From positions 2,720,001-2,784,000 of the forward strand of contig CAVUSO010000001.1 of the NCBI GenBank assembly GCA_963744145.1: a stretch of 64,000 nt of DNA, read 5' to 3'. Under the pieces are notes generated by a model. The model made no database searches. It was given only the letters and a program-made list of their open reading frames with translations, and was not told where the DNA came from. A program made the translations under genes and the position numbers. This DNA comes from an uncultured cyanobacterium (GTDB lineage Bacteria > Cyanobacteriota > Cyanobacteriia > Cyanobacteriales > CAWUOF01). Positions 60,494-64,000 of this stretch are shown here, piece by piece. The number at the start of each line of letters is the position of its first letter. The first letter of the stretch is position 1.

Positions 60494-63197
60494 TTACAAC
60501 CAATTTCCGATTAAGACAAATGGTGCCCAGAAATAGGGATGTTTGTATGCGGGATTTTTTAACAAATCTATTTGAGCTTGACGTAAAGCTTCGGCTTTGC
60601 TCATTTTTAAGCCTGGCTGACTTAAGTTATGATAAAATTTGATCATCAAATCCGCTGTCGATTTGTCACTGACTGACCATAAAGTACCTAAGGTACTACG
60701 TGCTGCCTGATCTTAATGCTAATCCTGCTAGACCTAGTATTGCCCGTTGATCCCCCGCTGCGGTTTGACAAGCACTTAAAACTAATAATTGAATGGGATT
60801 TAGATTTACTTTTCCCTGGGGTAGAAGTAATTCATCGAAATCTTTGACTGCAATTTTTTGATCCCAAGTAAGTAAAAAGGTTTCGGCTGGATTAGAGCTG
60901 AATTGACCGTGGGTAGCTATATGAACTACTGGGAAGGTATTAGTTTCTATTTGAGTTTTAAAAGCAGCACGAGTAAAATTCTCGTCGAGCAGTACATGAG
61001 AATCTATGCTAGCAGCAATTTGTTTGACTTCTTCTGCAACTGCTGGTAAATTAGAAAAACCTTGGCGAGCTTTTGTCAGTCCTACTGCTAATATTTTGAG
61101 TTGATTTCGGTCTAGTCCTTGGGGAAATAGTTGTAAACCTGGACTGAGAGCAATACTATATTTTTCGATTAAATACTTTTCACCATCATAGAGAGCAGCC
61201 ATTGGTAAAGAACGGAAGAAACCATCTAGAACAAACACTAAGGTTTTGATGTTGTGACTAGCTAAGTCTATTTCAGCGGGTCGAATTAGCCAGTCGTAAA
61301 CTTGCTGGGAAAAAAGCTGACTCTTATTATAAAAATAACCTTTATAAAAAGAAGAAGATAAATTGTGCAGAACTACTTCGACTTGCTCTTTAGCTAGTGG
61401 AGTTGTGTAGTGACGAAGGGGTGCATTAGGTAAAGATAAGATTACTTCTAAGCGATCGCTCAGAATAATTGGATAAATTACTGCTGCTTGAGGATCAATA
61501 CTATCAATTTTTTGGGGATGAGTTTTTAAGCAAGCATCGCGGAAAAAGTTGTCTAATTCTGCTAGTTGTAGAGCTTCGATTACTTGACGAGCTTGGATAA
61601 TATGAGCTTGACTAGCATTAGGTTGTAATAGTAAGCTAACCAATTCTCGATAAACTGGTTCTACACTTTCTTTAAAGTTAAATTGAACATCGGAATTAAT
61701 TGCAACTAAGTCATTGCGAAGTAATTGCAAAGTATTAACAGCTTCCGTGTAAGCAGCGATCGCTTGATTTAGCTCTCCTTTTTCCTTAAAAATCCGACCT
61801 AGTTGCCAAGCAGCACGAGCAACTATTGCAGGAGAATTAGTTGTTTGGGCAATTTGTAAAGCAGTCTGAGTCAGATTTTGGGCATTTTCCCATTGCTGAT
61901 TTTGTTCATAAAGTTTTCCCAATTGATTTAATGCTGATGCTGACCCTCTTTGATCTCGGATTTGTCTTGCTTGTGCGATCGCTGTTCCTAATATTTTAGC
62001 AATGTCAGGGATTTGGTGATCAACCAATCCGACCGGTAATTTCATTAAATTTTCAGCTAAATTAACTCTAGCATAAATAGCATAATGAGAAGATGGTAAT
62101 GCCGCTAAATTAGCTTCTATTTGTGGGAGCAATGCGATCGCTAAGTCCCATTTTTTGATTGCTCGCAACAAACTAAGTTGATTGAGTTGAGATTGCAGAC
62201 GGACTAGATTATTTTTGGCTAATTTTGTTGCCTGTTGGTAGTAGGATAAAGCCAGATCATTTTGACCTAAATCTCTAGTAACATTACCAATACTAAATAA
62301 GATTGCACTGTGATCTTTGCTAGGACCAAGACGCTGGCTAATTTCCCAACTTTGTTCTAAGATTTTCTTGGATCTGACTAAATCACCTACAGTTTGCAAA
62401 GCTACACCTAAACTTTGTAAACCATCGACTTTCATAACACTATCAGGTTGAGATTGAAGTTGCTTAAAAAGCTCATCTAAAAGTGATCTTGCTCTGCGAT
62501 ACTGTCCTAAAGATTGCCAAGCTTGGGCTTGATTAATCTGAGTACCTAATTTACCAGTTTCATTACCAGCACGATTATATGTAGCTGTGGCAATTTTCCA
62601 AGTTTCTAAGGCAGTTTCAGGCTGTCCAATTGCTAGTTCAATATTTCCTTGAATATTGAATGCTTGCGCTAAGATTTCCACACCTTGTTGTTCTAATTTA
62701 CTTTGATTTTGTAATAAATTTATACTGGTTTGGATGTTTTTTTTAGCTAAATTCCATTCACCTAAATCTTCGGTTACAGATGCTAGGTAATTTAATGCTT
62801 GTGCTTGGCTGAGAATATCATCTGTTCGGGCATATTCCTGGACTGCTTGTTGCCAGATTTGAGCAGCATCAGCAAAACGTCCTGCTTGATATAGTTGTTG
62901 TCCTTGTGCTAACAATTGATCGGGATCTACTAAGGTTTGAGTAATTAGTAATGGTACTTGATTGAGTGGTTGGGCGATCGCAGGTAATCCAACTGTAATT
63001 ATAACTAATGTTGCAACTGCACCCTGAGCAAAGTCGCAGGGTACGATCGAGACAAGAGTTAGCAAAAAGCCACCCATCGCAGGGAAAAAAGAACTGATTT
63101 TTTTCGGCTTACCCATCAATATTTTGCCTAGATAATAAATTTTTATCATAAATTTATATACCATTACATTTAAAAGGTTTAAGCCAAACTGAATCAC
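60494..63197 (-). pseudogene. TPR + CHAT (caspase-like) domain protein with +1 frameshift at about 60705
   Basis: HIATHGQF and VLSACQTA catalytic motifs; native tail ARSTLGTLWSVSD...HPYFWAPFVLIGNWL* continues in a shifted frame to 60494. Confidence 0.85.
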
Positions 63198-64000
63198 CAG
63201 TTAAATTTGGTGTATAAGTAATTAATTTTATTTTGCCAACTGGATCGATTACCCAACCTGTTGCTTCTACCAATTGATGCGGCTGCTTTGGCACCCAAAA
63301 GCGCGAATTTTGGTTAACGCTTGGATGATGGTGGGAATTTTGACTCAATCTTTGACTATGGGCTTTTTTTGGAACTGAAAAATTTTGCCAATCTTGCCAA
63401 ATTGTTTGACCTCTGATTGTTGCAGTTGGATCTTCTGGTAAACCACCAAGTCCAGTTACAGTTAAGGAGTTACCTTGATTAGCAGCACATCCTACAATTA
63501 CTCGGTGGGTAGGATCTTGGACTTGATCTGGTAATAATATTAATCCAGAACTAGGGTTTACGGCGGGATTGTTAATATTGATGGTGCCAGAAACTCCAAA
63601 CTGGGAACTAGCGGTAATATTACTATCAGGAGAACTAAATATTCCTTGGGTATTGATATTAATATTACCACCTCTTCCTTGAAAGGCATTAGCAATAATA
63701 TTACTACTTGCTAAGGCAACTAAGGTATCACTTTTGATATTAATATTGCCACCATTTCCTGTGCCACCTGCGGTAGTAGTAATTTCACCATCCGAACGCA
63801 ATTGCAAATTTTGGTTTTGCACAATAATATTACCACCTGCACCAGATGCAGTTGTTGCTGTGATCACACCACCACTGGTGACAGAAATATTTTTCGCATT
63901 TATTGTTAGCGTTCCCGCGTTTCCAGAACCAACATTCCTCACACTGAGCAATCCCCCATCTTGAATGATTAATTGCTCTGTATTAATGATCAAGTCTTTC
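63154..64000 (-). CDS. filamentous-haemagglutinin-family (two-partner secretion-like) protein, C-terminal part; runs off window end
   Basis: G.GGNI.I repeats, ANAFQGRGGNINI, SSQFGVSG, GLGGLPEDP, VEATGW. Confidence 0.85.
   Translation of the reverse strand, partial: KDLIINTEQLIIQDGGLLSVRNVGSGNAGTLTINAKNISVTSGGVITATTASGAGGNIIVQNQNLQLRSDGEITTTAGGTGNGGNINIKSDTLVALASSNIIANAFQGRGGNININTQGIFSSPDSNITASSQFGVSGTININNPAVNPSSGLILLPDQVQDPTHRVIVGCAANQGNSLTVTGLGGLPEDPTATIRGQTIWQDWQNFSVPKKAHSQRLSQNSHHHPSVNQNSRFWVPKQPHQLVEATGWVIDPVGKIKLITYTPNLTGDSVWLKPFKCNGI

Overview
A 64 kb chromosomal window from an AT-rich cyanobacterium. Evidence: abundant HIP1 octamers GCGATCGC, cpcS-cpcG, and an hps-type pseudopilin locus typical of motile filamentous strains. 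Core genes include pdxA, cpcS, cpcG, an RluA-family synthase, an AlkA-family glycosylase, cobA, a CbiX-type chelatase, an M16 peptidase, map, ftsH and rpmB. They are interleaved with two accessory zones. (1) About 4.2-21.3 kb: a mosaic of toxin-antitoxin genes and gene fragments, often bounded by HIP1. It also holds a divergent module in which an NLR-like HTH-nSTAND-WD40x14 gene faces CHAP hydrolase, secreted P/Q/N/Y-repeat and NfeD-like genes. The CHAP and NfeD-like genes share an exact 18-bp upstream motif. The NLR gene is split by a 1.9 kb IS whose own transposase is disrupted by REP hairpins. A PARIS-like ABC-ATPase/TOPRIM pair closes the zone. (2) About 42.5-49.7 kb: an orphan phosphorothioation-associated methyltransferase-like gene, followed by a four-copy tandem Uma2/DUF820 array with MITE spacers and coiled-coil tails that differ by whole heptads. 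Also present: a NucA-like nuclease next to an ECF transporter, a sulfonate-type ABC transporter with a deleted permease, a frameshifted TPR-CHAT gene, and many REP/MITE elements. No rRNA, tRNA or CRISPR array was seen. All family calls come from motif recognition by eye; no database searches were run.
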